A DNA stretch of 64,000 nt from Macrostomum hystrix. Taxonomy: Eukaryota > Animalia > Platyhelminthes. How positions within the stretch are numbered: position 1 is the stretch's first letter; each line of letters begins with the position of its first letter. The notes beneath the pieces were generated by a model, which saw only the letters and a list, made by a program, of their open reading frames with translations, did no database searches and was not told the DNA's origin. A program made the position numbers and the translations under genes. Where the stretch lies: the NCBI GenBank assembly GCA_950097015.1, contig CATNEN010000001.1, positions 8,990,001 through 9,054,000 on the forward strand. The letters are read 5' to 3'. Shown here one piece after another: positions 36,804-49,470 of the stretch.

Positions 36804-39800
36804 ATGAAGTTTTTAGTCGTATTTGAAGCCGACAGGCAGGTTATTGAAGCTATTGAGAGTGATGTAGGTGAATGTGAGTTAAAAAATCGGACAGTTTCTG
36901 AATTGTCACTGTTAAAGGACAGTGAAGAGAGGTGGCGCTGCACGGCCAAATATGCAGGCAGAGTCTACGCAGCTGAAGTCCTCCAGGTGAGATCTAATGC
37001 ACATTTTTGCTTTTTTTTACGATATATGCCGCATATATATGTCAGTGACAGGTGGAGTGTATGGCAGAGTGAGAGGTGGAGTGAAAGGTAGTGAGACGTG
37101 GAGTGAGAGGTAGTGCGAGGTGGAGTGAGAGGTGGAGTGAGGTGGAGTGAGAAAAATGTCTGTCAGTTAAGTCAGTTTGTCTGACAATTTGGTTCAATTC
37201 TTTCTCTACAAGATCTTTTCTAAAAATGACCAATTTAGGTATACCTGGATGACTCTCTGGAGCCGCCCAGCCTACGCTTCGTCCGCAACATGATCGAAAA
37301 AAGACGGTCAATTGTCGATATAATTCGGCAATTGAAACCGAGGGTTCTCTGCGCTGAAGATATGCGGCAGGCGCGACGCAAGTTTCAGTGTGGTGTAAGT
37401 TACAATCTGTTTGTCTGTCCACTCTATATCTCTCTCTCTCACGCACACACATTTAGATATCTCAGTACAATTAATCACCTCAGTAAATTATCAGTTGAAA
37501 TAGCTGCGGGTTTGCAATCCGATGATCTGTCCTCGTGAAGGAAAGGAGTGTGGGGATGGCGATAGAGTCAGAAGTCGTACCGCAAAGTCTCGCGAGTTGC
37601 CGCGGAAAGAGGGATGAAGGGAGAGATGAAGGGAGAGACAGTGGATGCAGGGAGTGGTCCTCTCGGCCTCAGGCTGGCCAGTCCCAATCAACCCATAGGC
37701 CACAGGCATGACTGCCGTGCCTACCCCAAGCAGTGCTCGAAACCGGCTAAAAGTCTAAATAGATGTCGGACTACCCGCAGACGGATAGGACAGGGCTATG
37801 CAGCCTACTGTCATCATTAGCATGTTCGTAACTGACCCCTAAACTCGGTAGCAGTGGTCGACTCGGCCTAGGCTCTTGTCTTAGAAATGCGGAAAGGCTA
37901 TCGGCAAAGCGGAAAATGATCTAGGGTAGCGCCACCACCCAATGCGCCTACGTTGCCACCGCAGACATTTGGGAACTTGGGTTCCCGGAGCTCGCAGCTC
38001 CTAGTTTGTCACGCAGATTTTAGACAAGCCGAAAAATAGAGCCTTCTGTAACTTCCGTTTTAGACTAGGGCGAAGACCCCAGAATGGATCGAGACACGCC
38101 TCAACAGGGGATTCCTGAAACTGCGCTACAGTGGTCTAGAGAGGTGGTACTCCGAACTCGAATGAGAAACCCATAGCTAGAATCCTACTCATGGGACATC
38201 AGACACATTCTGTACATTTAGACTGCAGCCTACACATTAGATAACTAGCAATCCGAGTCTGTGTGAGTTGAGGAAAACAGAGGCAGGAGAGATTAAGCTG
38301 AACACTGGCTGAGTGATTATGCGAGCGTAAGATTAAAAGATCATCACCCCCCACTTCCTTGGCGGTGGAAGCGAGAGGGGGAACGGAAGGGAAACTCAAT
38401 TGGCAGAGGAGCTTGACACGCACTCCCAGTTCCGCCAGGAAACGAGGAAAACCCGCCAAGGAATTCCCCACCCCTGGGCAGAAAGACAACACGTGCTACA
38501 CCCCGCATTTTACTTGCAAATCCCTAGCTCCATATTGCTCTCATACGCGCTTACAATTTCCTTCCTGCCGCAGCTTTCAGCTCGGCTGTGCCAGAGCCCA
38601 TTCCCCTAATAGATTAGCCACTCATGGTAGAGGGCTGTCTAAGGTTAAAATAAATGTGAAAAGGAGACATAATAAAAGAAGTTAAGTTGTTATAAAGTTA
38701 AGCCCAATAAGTTAAAAGTGCTTAGATTGGATAGTTTATTAGGCGAAAAAGTTCCTAGCTTCCCTCCCACTAAATGCCGCCTAACTAATAGAAAGCCCCT
38801 TAGGAGCAATAATTGCAAACCGCTGCGCGGATTACTTATCTGGACGCTTCGGCCGCGTGCTGCAATCCCGTTGTTCTCGGGGAAGAGGATGGGGTAAGAT
38901 AGTAAAAGCCGGGAAGGGAAAGATGCTGCGAGTCGGCAGGGGGCCAACACGCTTGGAGCTCAAGGCTCAATTTAACAGCTCACCTAAAGAGGTGGCTCGC
39001 GCTCAGGGGGAATGGGGACAGGCAATGGGCCTGCGCTAACTGTGGAGCTATGAGCTCTAGGGTCTATGCCCTAAGTGGGTCCGGGAAGGTGCTCTGGGTC
39101 CGGTGGGAGTCCGGCCCGGCAAAAGTAAGTCCGGCGGGGGAGAAGGGGAAGAGCCGGTGGGAGAAAAGAGGTCCTCGAGGGAGCAGCGCAGCGCGCTTGC
39201 TTAAATAGGCCTTGCAGCACGCCAACCCCGACATCCATCAAAGCAACCCACATTCGCGACCGCCTGTCAACGGGGAATCGAAGCGACGACAGGCCGCCCC
39301 AATTGCCCAATGAACCGGCGGCGGGAAACGACAGGTGCTCATCGAGAGCAGCCATCGGCAGACGGCCAACAATTGTTACTCCGCCGGGACAATGGAAGCG
39401 CAGGCGCCGACCTGCCTACAGTGATATTTACATGTATCTAAATGAAGGAGGTCATAAAGTCGAGCTGGGCTCGAATACTGTAAAGAAGCGGGGACATGAA
39501 GAATTTTATGATCACTCATAACGCGTGAGTGAGCCCCTATATCTGATCGCGGTTTGGAGGGGAATTATGACCTAAACTAGTTCATACAGTAACATTATGG
39601 CCGCGATCAGTCATTCCTACGGGGAGTCTAGACAACTCCGGAGAGAGGGGATTCGGCAGCTACTTGATTCACCGCCGCCCCAAACCCGGCCCTAAGATTA
39701 ATGATCTTGTTTTGTGGCCAGCTGCTATGTGGGTCGCAATTATTAGTTACTTAAAATTTGAAAAATTATGCTGGCTCACATTCCCACTCGATTCCCGCAG

Positions 39801-41804
39801 CACACTCCACATCACAGTCAACATCATCAATTATCAATCACTAACAACGATTGTCCATCAAAAATATATTATCGAATGTTTATCAACATTTTCGATAATC
39901 AATTACTGTTATTCAATGTCAATCATCCGAATCGATAATCAATCACTGTTATTCAATGTCAATCATCCGAATCGATAATCAATCACTGTTATTCAATGTC
40001 AATCATCCGAATCGATAATCAATCACTGTTATTCAATGTCAATCATTCGAATCGATAATCAATCACTGTTATCCAATGTCAATCATCCGAATCGATAATC
40101 AATCACTGTTATCCAATGTCAATCATCCGAATCGATAATCAATCACTGTTATCCAATGTCAATCATCCGAATCGATAATCAATCACTGTTATCCAATGTC
40201 AATCATCCGAATCGATAATCAATCACTGTTATTCAATGTCAATCATCCGAATCGATAATCAATCACTGTTATTCAATGTCAATCATTCGAATCGATAATC
40301 AATCACTGTTATTCAATTTCAATCATTCGAATCGATAATCAATCACTGTTATTCAATGTCAATCATTCGAATCGATAATCAATCACTGTTATCCAATGCT
40401 AGTAACCCCAACATTTTCCTCACTTACTTATCCCCTAACTTATCCGACCTAACAGAACATCTCGACTGGTTCTGCGTCCGACACGGACGATTTTTTCGTC
40501 TGTCCGGAGGAGCAAGCGGAATCCGAAGCGCAGCTACTAAAGCTTCCCTGCGTAGACGTGCCGCTGACTTTAGCAAAACTGGTGCCACTGCCATCAACGA
40601 TTCCGAAGTCTGCGGCCACAGAAGCTGCAAAAGCCGCGGCAGCTAAGGCGGCAGCTGCAAAAGCAGCAGCTGCGGCAGCTGCGGCAGCAGCGGAAGCAGC
40701 AGCGGCAGCAGCGGCAGCAGAAGCAGCAGCGGAAGCAGAGGCAGCAGCTGAAGCAGAGGCAGCAGCGGAAGCAGAGGCAGCAGCGGAAGCAGAGGCAGCA
40801 GCTGAAGCAGAGGCAGATGCAGAGGATACCGGACTGACATCAGCAGGTTTCCGAAGCTTCCAGGGCATCTCCATCGGACGACTGGAGCAGCAAATACAGT
40901 CGGGGGTGGATTTCCCATTAGAAAGCAATCGCGGCATTCTCTACGTCGCCCTGTTCGCAGTACGCGAGAGTACCCGATTGTTCAATAAGATGGAAGCAAC
41001 ACAGCAGAAACTAGCCACCGAGCTGGCCTCTGTTAAGGAGGAAGTGCAGCAACTGCGCCTGTCATTAACGAAGGACCAGCAACCAGTGCAACAGCTCCAA
41101 TTCTGGCCCATCGACTCCTGGCAGAGGTATGTCCACTACGCGGAGAACACGCCTGCAGAGTGGACGTACCAGTTGAAACAAGCCCTGCCCAACAGAAAAA
41201 TGGCGACTGTCGGAGCCACCATCCGGGTGTGGTTGGACACCTGCTTGACACCTGAGATGCAGACGAAGGTGAATTATAGCGGTGCAGGCCTACGCCAGAA
41301 ATGCATCCAGGACGGTGTCGAAACGCAGTTTTCCGACGCATGCCTTGGCTTCAAGGCCGTTTTATTGCGACACGTCCAAGGTACGAAATGTTCAGGAATC
41401 TGATTGGTACTTTCACATTTCCTATCCGACAAACTTTACCTGTACTTCTCAATCTACCTACCTCTCACTCTACCTCTAATCTAGATGCCGCCACCAGCAT
41501 CTACGGCACGACAACCGGACAACAATTGACCGCCACGTACGTCGGTAGCCGATTATGCGACATGCTCCATCGAGGCAAGGACCGTCAAACGAGCAGACCG
41601 CATCGACGCCTGTCAGCCTCTGGTGCATCAGGAGCATCTGCCACACCTTCGCCAGCCGGCGCTAAGAGACCTGGCTCGCAGCTGGTCAGCCATGCCTCGC
41701 GAAAAAGGCATTCTTTGCAGCCGCATCACAGTCGAGCAGAGCTGCTGGAGTGCTCCGATGAGGACGCTGATGGCCTGATGAGCGAGATGACTGAGGAGGA
41801 TTAA
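36804..41804 (+). CDS. Spliced CACTA accessory gene (DUF4806/BEN-like C-terminus, Ala/Glu-rich linker), divergent from the transposase
   Basis: Exon 1 36804-36986 (GT at 36987); probable exon ~37213-37394; exon 40456-41380 (AG/GT); exon 41485-41804 in phase; TVGATIRVWLDTCLTPEMQTKVNYSG...LCDMLHRGKDR resembles DUF4806; middle exon boundaries uncertain. Confidence 0.6.
37496..39814 (+). mobile_element. ~2.3-kb solo LTR (family X), copy 2, in an intron of the accessory gene
   Basis: TGAAAT...ACATCA; TSD CAGT (37492-37495 and 39815-39818). Confidence 0.85.
39901..40398 (+). repeat. 40-bp tandem repeat (~12.5 copies)
   Basis: Unit AATCACTGTTATTCAATGTCAATCATCCGAATCGATAATC. Confidence 0.95.
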
Positions 41805-41988
41805 ACTCGGTAGAGATCCGACCGAGTGCTCCTATATGACAAGGCTTCCGGCGGAACAGGAAAGATAAGTGGCTTTTAAATATCTTTACTGCCTACTACG
41901 AGTACAAGTACTAGGAATTTGCACTGCTTATTTCTGCAACTCTTGCTCGTCGTATAGTCGATGAAAAACACAAAAAATTACTATCCAC

Positions 41989-44304
41989 TGAAATAGCTGC
42001 GGGTTTGCAATCCGATGATCTGTCCTCGTGAAGGAAAAGGAGTGTGGGGATGGCGATAGAGTCAGAAGTCGTACCGCAAAGTCTCGCGAGTTGCCGCGGA
42101 AAGAGGGATGAAGGGAGAGATGAAGGGAGAGACAGTGGATGCAGGGAGTGGTCCTCTCGGCCTCAGGCTGGCCAGTCCCACTCAACCCATAGGCCACAGG
42201 CATGACTGCCGTGCCTACCCCAAGCAGTGCTCGAAACCGGCTAAAAGTCTAAATAGATGTCGGACTACCCGCAAGCGGATAGGACAGGGCTATGTAGCCT
42301 ACTGTCATCAGTAGCATGTTCGTAACTGACCCCTAACCTTGGTAGCAGTGGTCGACTCGGCCTAGGCTCTTGTCTTAGAAATGCGGAAAGGCTATCGGCA
42401 AAGCGGAAACTGATCTAGGGTAGCGCCACCACCCAATGCGCCTACGTTGCCACCGCAGACATTTGGGAACTTGGGTCCCCGGAGCTCGCAGCTCCTAGTT
42501 TGTCACGCAGATTTTAGACAAGCCGAAAAATAGAGCCTTCTGTAACTTCCGTTTTAGACTAGGGTGAAGACCCCAGAATGGATCGAGACACGCCTCACCA
42601 GGGGATTCCTGAATTTGCGCTACAGTGGTCTAGAAAGGTGGTACTCAGAACTCGAATGAAGATCCATAGCCGGAATCCTACTCATGAAACATCAGGCACA
42701 TTCCTTACATTAGATTACAGCCTACTCATTAATTAACTAGCAAATCCGAATCTGTGTGAGATGAGGAAATCAGAGGCAGGAGAGATTAGGCAGAACACTG
42801 GCTGAGTGATTATGCAAGCGAAGATTAATTGATCATCGCCCTCGCTTCCGTGGCGGCAGTTGCGAAAGGCGGGGAACAGAAAGGAAACTCAATTGGCAGG
42901 GGAGTTTGACACGTACTCCTTGATCCGCCAGGAAGAGAGGAAAAACCCGCCAAGGAATTCCCCACCCCTAGCAGAGAAACACATGCTACACTCCGCATTT
43001 TACTCGCAAATCCCTAGCTCCTTATTACTCTCATGCGCGCTCACAGTTGTCTTCCTGCCGCAGCTTTCAGCTCGGCATCACCAGAGCCCACCCCCCTAAT
43101 GAGTTAGCCACTCATGATCGAGGGCTGTCTAACGATAAAATAAAGGTGAAAAAGAGACATAGTAAAATAATTAGGTTGATGTTAAAAATTAGCCCAATAA
43201 GTTAAAGGTGCTTTAGATTAAGTGGTTTTATTAGGCTGAAAACTTCCCTAACTCCCCTCCCACTAAGTGCCGCCTAACTTAAGGTAAATTGTCCCTTAGG
43301 ATTAACAATACCAAACCGCTGCGCGGATTACTTAGCTGAACCTCGCTTGGCCGCGTGCTGCAGTCCCGTTGTTCTCGGGGGAAAGGATGGGCAAAGCAGT
43401 AAGACAGAGAAAGGAGACTTCTGCGAGTTGGCAGGGGCCAACGCACTGGGAGCTCAGAGGCTCAATTTAGAGCTCACCTAAAGAGGTGGCTTGCGCTTAG
43501 GGAATGGAAGCAGGCAATTGGCCTGCACTATCTGCTCGGAGCTCAAGGCTCAGGGGTCTATGCCCTACGTGGGTCCGGAAAGGTGCTCTGGGTCCGGTGG
43601 GAGTCCGGCCCGGCAAAAGTAAGTCCGGCAGGCGGGAAGGGGAAGAGCCGGCGGGAGAAAATGGTTTTGAGGGAGCAGCGCAGCGCGCTTGCTTAAATAG
43701 GCCTTGCAGCACGCCAACCCCGACATCCATCAAAGCAACCCACATTCGCGCCAGCCTGTCAACGAGGAATTGAAGCGGCGATTGCCGCCCCAATTGCCCA
43801 ATGAACCGGCGGCGAGAAACGACAGATGTTCTGCTCGAACAGCCGTCGGCAGTCAGCCAGCGATTGTTACTCCGCCGGGACAATGGGAAGCGCAGGCGCC
43901 GACCTGCCTACAGTGACATTTACATGTATCTAAAGGAGGGAGGTCATAAAGTCGAGCTGGGCTCGAATACTGTAAAGAAGTGGGGACATGAAGAATTAAT
44001 GATCACTCATAACGCCCGAGTGATCCCCTATATCTGATCGCGGTTTGGAGGAGAATTATGACCTAAACTACTCATACAATAAAAGCTATGGCCGCGATCA
44101 GTCATTCCTACAGGGGTCTAGACAGATCCAGGGAGAAGGGATTCGACGGCTACTTAATTCACCGCCGCCCAAAACCCGGCCCTAAGATTAATGATCGTGT
44201 TTGCGGCCAGCTGCTACGTGGGTCGCAATTATTAGACACTTAAAAATTTGAAAAATTATGCTGGCTCACACTCCCACTCGATTCCCGCAGCACACTCCAC
44301 ATCA
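41989..44304 (+). mobile_element. ~2.3-kb solo LTR (family X), copy 3
   Basis: TGAAAT...ACATCA; flanks CCAC and CTAC (TSD with one mismatch). Confidence 0.8.
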
Positions 44305-45696
44305 CTACATGCCTACACGTCGTCTTTATACCCGGACATCTTGTTCGTGCCTGCAACTCTTGCTCATCGCATCCTGTAATCAAAAACACTAAAATTCGCT
44401 ATTTACATGCCTGCAGCTCTTACTCAAGTCTGCAACTCAATTGCTTATCGTATCTAATAATTGAACAAACACACAAAAAATTATTTGTACATTCTACTAT
44501 TAGCAGTACAAAAAGCAGTGAATTTTTTATTTCGAACTAAGTTTACAGAAGCACTAGTTTTTTTGCATGAATTACATAATGAATATTTCTTTCCAGTTCT
44601 ACCATGGTGCCGGACGTCTACCAGTTGCCGGACCTGGTTGACTTGTTATAAAAGATAAGTAGCGTTTAAAATTTAAGTTTTTTATGGTTAATCTTATGCT
44701 CGATCTTGTACTTCATCTCATTCTGAATCTCATGTCTGATCTTATTCTAATATTTCCGCTTATTAAGAATCTTTGCTTCATCTCGTTTGCAATCTCAAAT
44801 GTCGTGTACCTCATTCCATATACATCTGGATTCTATCTCACTGGATCTCTATTATCTGCATTGCTGTACAGTGTATGTAAACAAGTAATTTTACAGTAAA
44901 CCTTGCACACACAAATAAATCGTGGATACTTTCCAATTTCTCCAGAAAACCAGTCAGCCGGTTACGGGACGACATGGTCGACTGGCGGAGGTGGCGTGGC
45001 ACGGACGACTCGCAGAGGTGGCACAACGAGGACGACTGACTGGCGCGCAGTGCAGGGCTTGACAGGGAGGATTGGCAGAGCTGGCATGGCAGGGACAAAA
45101 TGTGGACTAATTTTCGTGCTTTGTATTTACTTAAACCGTACTGTCTTCGCTTGATGATACTGTAAAACATTCTTTACTCTTCTTTTCAATCATGGCTTGC
45201 ATATTCGCTTTGAAATTGATAATAAATTTGTACCTTTAGCTGCGTAAGAATTTAATTATAACATTATAATTATAAGATTAACAAAATCGCGCAGTGCAGG
45301 GCTTGACAGGAAGGATTGGCAGAGCTGGCATGGCAGGGACAAAATGTGGACTAATTTTTGTACTTTGTAATCACTTATACCGTACTGTCTTTGCTTGATG
45401 ATACTGTAAAACATTCTTTACTTTTCTTTTCAATCATGGCTTGCATATTCGCTTTGAAATTGATAATAAATTTGTACCTTTAGCAGCGTCAAAAGTATTT
45501 AATGAGACTAGAATGAACATATTCGTAAACCATTTATAGCGGTGACGAATAGAAAAATTACATGAGCATGTTCAATTTTATTTATTTAAAGTGACTTTAA
45601 ATTCAAAGTAAAGCTTTATATATACGGCATGCATACAAAAAAATGAAACATACGTATGAAAAGTACATGGTCAGGAGGGAGGGGGCAGCGTGGCGA

Positions 45697-45840
45697 GCGG
45701 AGCTGCTGGGGCAGGAGCGGAGCTGCTGGGGCAGGAGCGGAGCTGCTGGGGCAGTAGCGGAGCTGCTGGGGCAGGAGCGGAGCTGCTGGGGCAGGAGCGG
45801 AGCTGCTGGGGCAGTAGCGGAGCTGCTGGGTAGGAGCGGA
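45697..45840 (+). repeat. GC-rich 20-bp subterminal minisatellite (GCGGAGCTGCTGGGGCAGGA)
   Basis: About 7 tandem units near the CACTA right end. Confidence 0.9.
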
Positions 45841-46437
45841 CCTTTTAAAAAGCTAGGCTTTTTACGGCGCTCAATAATACTGCACAGCCTACTAACAGTA
45901 GACTTTGAGGATATGCGCCGAATTTTATTTACACTGCACCCCCACCCCCCTCCACCTACCCTGCGCCCGGCGCCGGGCGGGGCGCTGTCGCGGGCGCGCG
46001 GACATTCTATACGCCCGGGCGCACAGCGCCCGGCGGGAGGCGCAGGGTGGGGCGTACAGAGGGGGCGTATAGTAATGTCCCACCGGGACATTTCTGGGCC
46101 TCTCAGGCTAAGAACATGGTTTGAATTATAAGATCGCATTGGTTATGGTATTGTGGCATGTGGTTATAATATGTTTTCTAATTTGGCTGTCTCGCTAAAT
46201 TGTATCAATCTGAATTCTTGAATATGTTATGTTTGTCGCCAGTATCCTATTTTCAATGTGGCAGTGGTTGAACTAATCCCATCTGACTTCTGTAGGGCCT
46301 GGTGTCCTTTCTTTAGACTTTAGACGAGACATAAACCACAAACACACCACCAAATACTCATACGTATAACCTACGCCCTCGGTAAATTACTCGTTTATTG
46401 TTCCCTGTGTAGTGACCGGGATTAAGAATAGCACTAC

Positions 46438-48718
46438 TGAAATGGTCGGGTCTTTTTGCAAGCCGATGATCGCCCTCGTGAAAGATAGGAGTGTGGAGAA
46501 TTGGCGATAGAGTCGGAGGTCGATCACGTAGCTGCCCGCGAGTTGTCGCGGAGAGGGATGAGACGAAGGGAGAGATGAGGAGGTACAAAGGATGCAGGGA
46601 GTGGTCCTATTGGCCTCAGGCTGGCCAGTCCCACTCGTCCCATAGGCCACAGGCATGACTGCCGTGCCTACCCCTAGCAATGCTCGAAACCGGCTAAAAG
46701 TCTAAAGTGAGGTGTCGGACTATCCGTAAACAGATAGGACAGGGCTAGAGAGCCTACTGTCATCAGTAGCATGTAAATAACTGACTCCTAACCTTGGTAG
46801 CGGTGGTCGAATCGGCCCAGGCTCTTGTCACAGAAATGCGGAAAGGCTATTGGCAAAGCGGAAAATGATCTAGGGTAGCGCCGACACCCAATGCGCCTAC
46901 GTTGCCAACGCAGACATTTGGGAACTTGGGTCCCCGGAGTACACAGCTCCCAGTTCATCACACAGATCTAGACAAGCTGAAAAATAGGGCATTCTGCAAC
47001 TTTCGTTTTAGACTGGGGTGAGAGCCCCAGAATGGATCGAGACACGCCTCAACAGGGGATTCCTGAATTCGCGCTACAGGGGTCTAGAAAGGTGGTACTA
47101 AGAACTCGAATGAGAATCCATAGCCGGAATCCTACTCATGAAAACATCAGGCACATTCCTTACATTAGATTGCAGCCTACACATTAAGTAACTAACAAAC
47201 CGAATCTGTGGGAGTTTAGGAAATCAGAGGCTGGAGAGATTAAGCAGAACACGGACTGAGTGATTACGCAAGCGATGATTATTAGATCACACCTCTCGCT
47301 CCCATGGCCGCGGCTACGAGAGGCGGGGAATAGAAGGAGAATTCAATTGGCAAAGGAATTTGACGCGCACACTGGAATCCGCCAGTGAGCGAGGAAAGCC
47401 GGCAAAGGAGTCCCCCGCCCCTAGGCAGCAATGCACACGCTACGTTCCGCATTTTACTCGCGAATCCCTAGCTCCTTATTACTCCTGTGCGCGCTCACAG
47501 TTGTCTTCCTGCCGCAGCCTTCAGCTCGGCCTCGCCAGAGCCCACCCCCTAAGAGTTTAGCCACTCATAGCTGAGGGCTGTCTAACAGATAAAATGAACA
47601 TTGAGGCGGACACAAAATGAAAAGGATTCAATTGTAATTAAAGGTTGCCTAAAGTAAAGTTAATGGCTAGAGTTGTACTAGTTTATTAGGCTAGAAATTC
47701 CTAGTGCCCTTTCCCACTAAAGTGCCGCCTAGTTAAAGAACGGTCCCTTAGGTATAACAATTAGAAAACCGCTGCGCGGGTTACTTATCGGAGTGCCGGT
47801 TGCGTGCCACAGGCCTGTCGTTCTCGCGGGAGGGCAGGGAAAAATAGCAAAGGCAGAGAAGGGAAAAAGCTAATTATGAGCTGGCAGGGGCCAACACACT
47901 AGTGGATCGCTAATGCTCAATTTGAGCTCACCTAGAGGTGGCTTTTTGCTACTGGAGCTTATAGGCAGGCAATTAGCCTGTGAGCGCTAGATGAGCTTTG
48001 AGCTCAGGGGTCAGTGGGGGAATTGGGTCCGGAGTAAGTCCGGGGAGAGGTGAGTTTCCCGAAGGAAAAGGTAACGGTCCTAGAGGGAGCAGCGCAGCGC
48101 GCTTGCTTAAATAGTCCTGCAGCACGCCAACCTCGACATCCATCAAAATAACCCACATTCGCGCCAGCCTGTCAACGGGGAATCGAAGCGGCGATGTGCC
48201 GCCCCGATTACCCAATGAACCGACGGCGAGAAACGACAGATGCTCCTCGAGAGCAGCTGCCGGCAGACGGCCAATGATTGTTACACCGCCGGGACAATGG
48301 GAAGCGCAGGCGCCGACCTGCCTACAGTGACATTTACATGTATCTAAGAGGGGAGGTCATGAAGTCGAGCTGGGCTCGAATACTGTAAAGAAGTGGGGAC
48401 ATGCAGAATTAATGATCACTCATAATGCCCGAGCGATTTCCGACATCTGATCGCGGTTTGGAGGGGAATTATAACCTAAACTACTCATACAATAAAAGTT
48501 ATGGCCGCGATCAGTCATTCCTACAGGGGTCTAGACAGATCCAGGGAAAAGGGATTCGACGGCTACTTAATTCACCGCCGCCCCAAACCCGGCCCTAAGA
48601 TTAATGATCTTGTTTGCGGCCAGCTGCTATGTGGGTCGCAATTATTAGATACTTAAAAAAATTAAAAAATTATGCTGGCTCACATTCCCACTCGACTCCC
48701 GCAGCACACTCCACATCA
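46438..48718 (+). mobile_element. ~2.3-kb solo LTR (family X), copy 4
   Basis: TGAAAT...ACATCA; TSD CTAC (46434-46437 and 48719-48722). Confidence 0.85.
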
Positions 48719-48800
48719 CTACAGCTTCTCAAGCTTGTCGTAAAAGGCGACTAAACCTCTGCTGTCTGCAAACGCCCACACAATTTTCGCAAACACTACC

Positions 48801-49449
48801 ATGGACTGTCCTGTCTGTCTTGAAGAATTTTCATGTAAACTACCATGTATATGTGTCAATAAACACCATGTTTGCGGTTCTTGCTTAAGCCTGCACACTA
48901 CAAAAAACCATTAAAAATAGTCCTCTGTGCCGTGGAAATCTCCGCCAATGTATGATATGTAACTCATGGCGAACTGTACAATACTGTCAAAACCAACATT
49001 TTATGTGTCCGCAATGCATGAAGAAGTTTGCCTATCGAGTCATTTTCCAATGTCCTGTTTGCAATAATACCCCACTATTCATGATTTGTAACAAACTCGT
49101 GCGTATTAAACAAAATTATGGTTGCCAACTTCATCCATTAACCTATACTCTTTTTTCCTCTAACAAGATAATTCAACTTTTAAAAGCATGGCCTATCCCA
49201 CGAATTGCCCACAAAACGCGTATAAACATTGTACGATACTCATTGCAATACGGCCCTCAGCTTAGACAATTGTCCATACATGATATTGCACAAAAACTGT
49301 TTAATCTTGTCGATGACATGAATCCTCATCCCTGTCCCATTTTCTGTACAATTCTCCGCACACTGATTTTGCGAAATAAAGAATTATCGTATCTACTGCC
49401 ACCACACGAATCATATCAATATGTTAGTTCCGATCAAGAAGTCGATTAA
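48801..49449 (+). pseudogene. Double-RING (C3HC4, Sina-like spacing) protein, paralog A, frameshifted near 48910
   Basis: MDCPVCLEEF...CVNKHHVCGSC...PLCR, then CMIC...CQNQHFMCPQC...CPVC. Confidence 0.72.
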
Positions 49450-49470
49450 AAAAACCGCCCACAGACAAAA

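Larger units (their letters stand above)
19410..46087. mobile_element. Giant (26.7 kb with nested insertions) EnSpm/CACTA-superfamily DNA transposon
   Basis: 12-bp TIR CCCGGTGGGACA at 19410 and TGTCCCACCGGG ending 46087; 2-bp TSD AC (19408-19409 and 46088-46089); CTATACGCCC subterminal repeats at both ends; encloses an EnSpm-type transposase. Confidence 0.8.

Noticed and set aside
39901-40398. CRISPR array
   Set aside because: Pure head-to-tail 40-bp tandem with no spacers
40449-40937. Antisense Ala- or Leu/Pro-rich ORFs (also 4477-4967 and 27971-28330)
   Set aside because: Shadows of low-complexity repeats in the sense ORFs
37496-44304. Solo LTR copies 2 and 3 as the paired LTRs of one element
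   Set aside because: Each copy has its own TSD, and the sequence between them is CACTA accessory-gene exons with no PBS, PPT or pol
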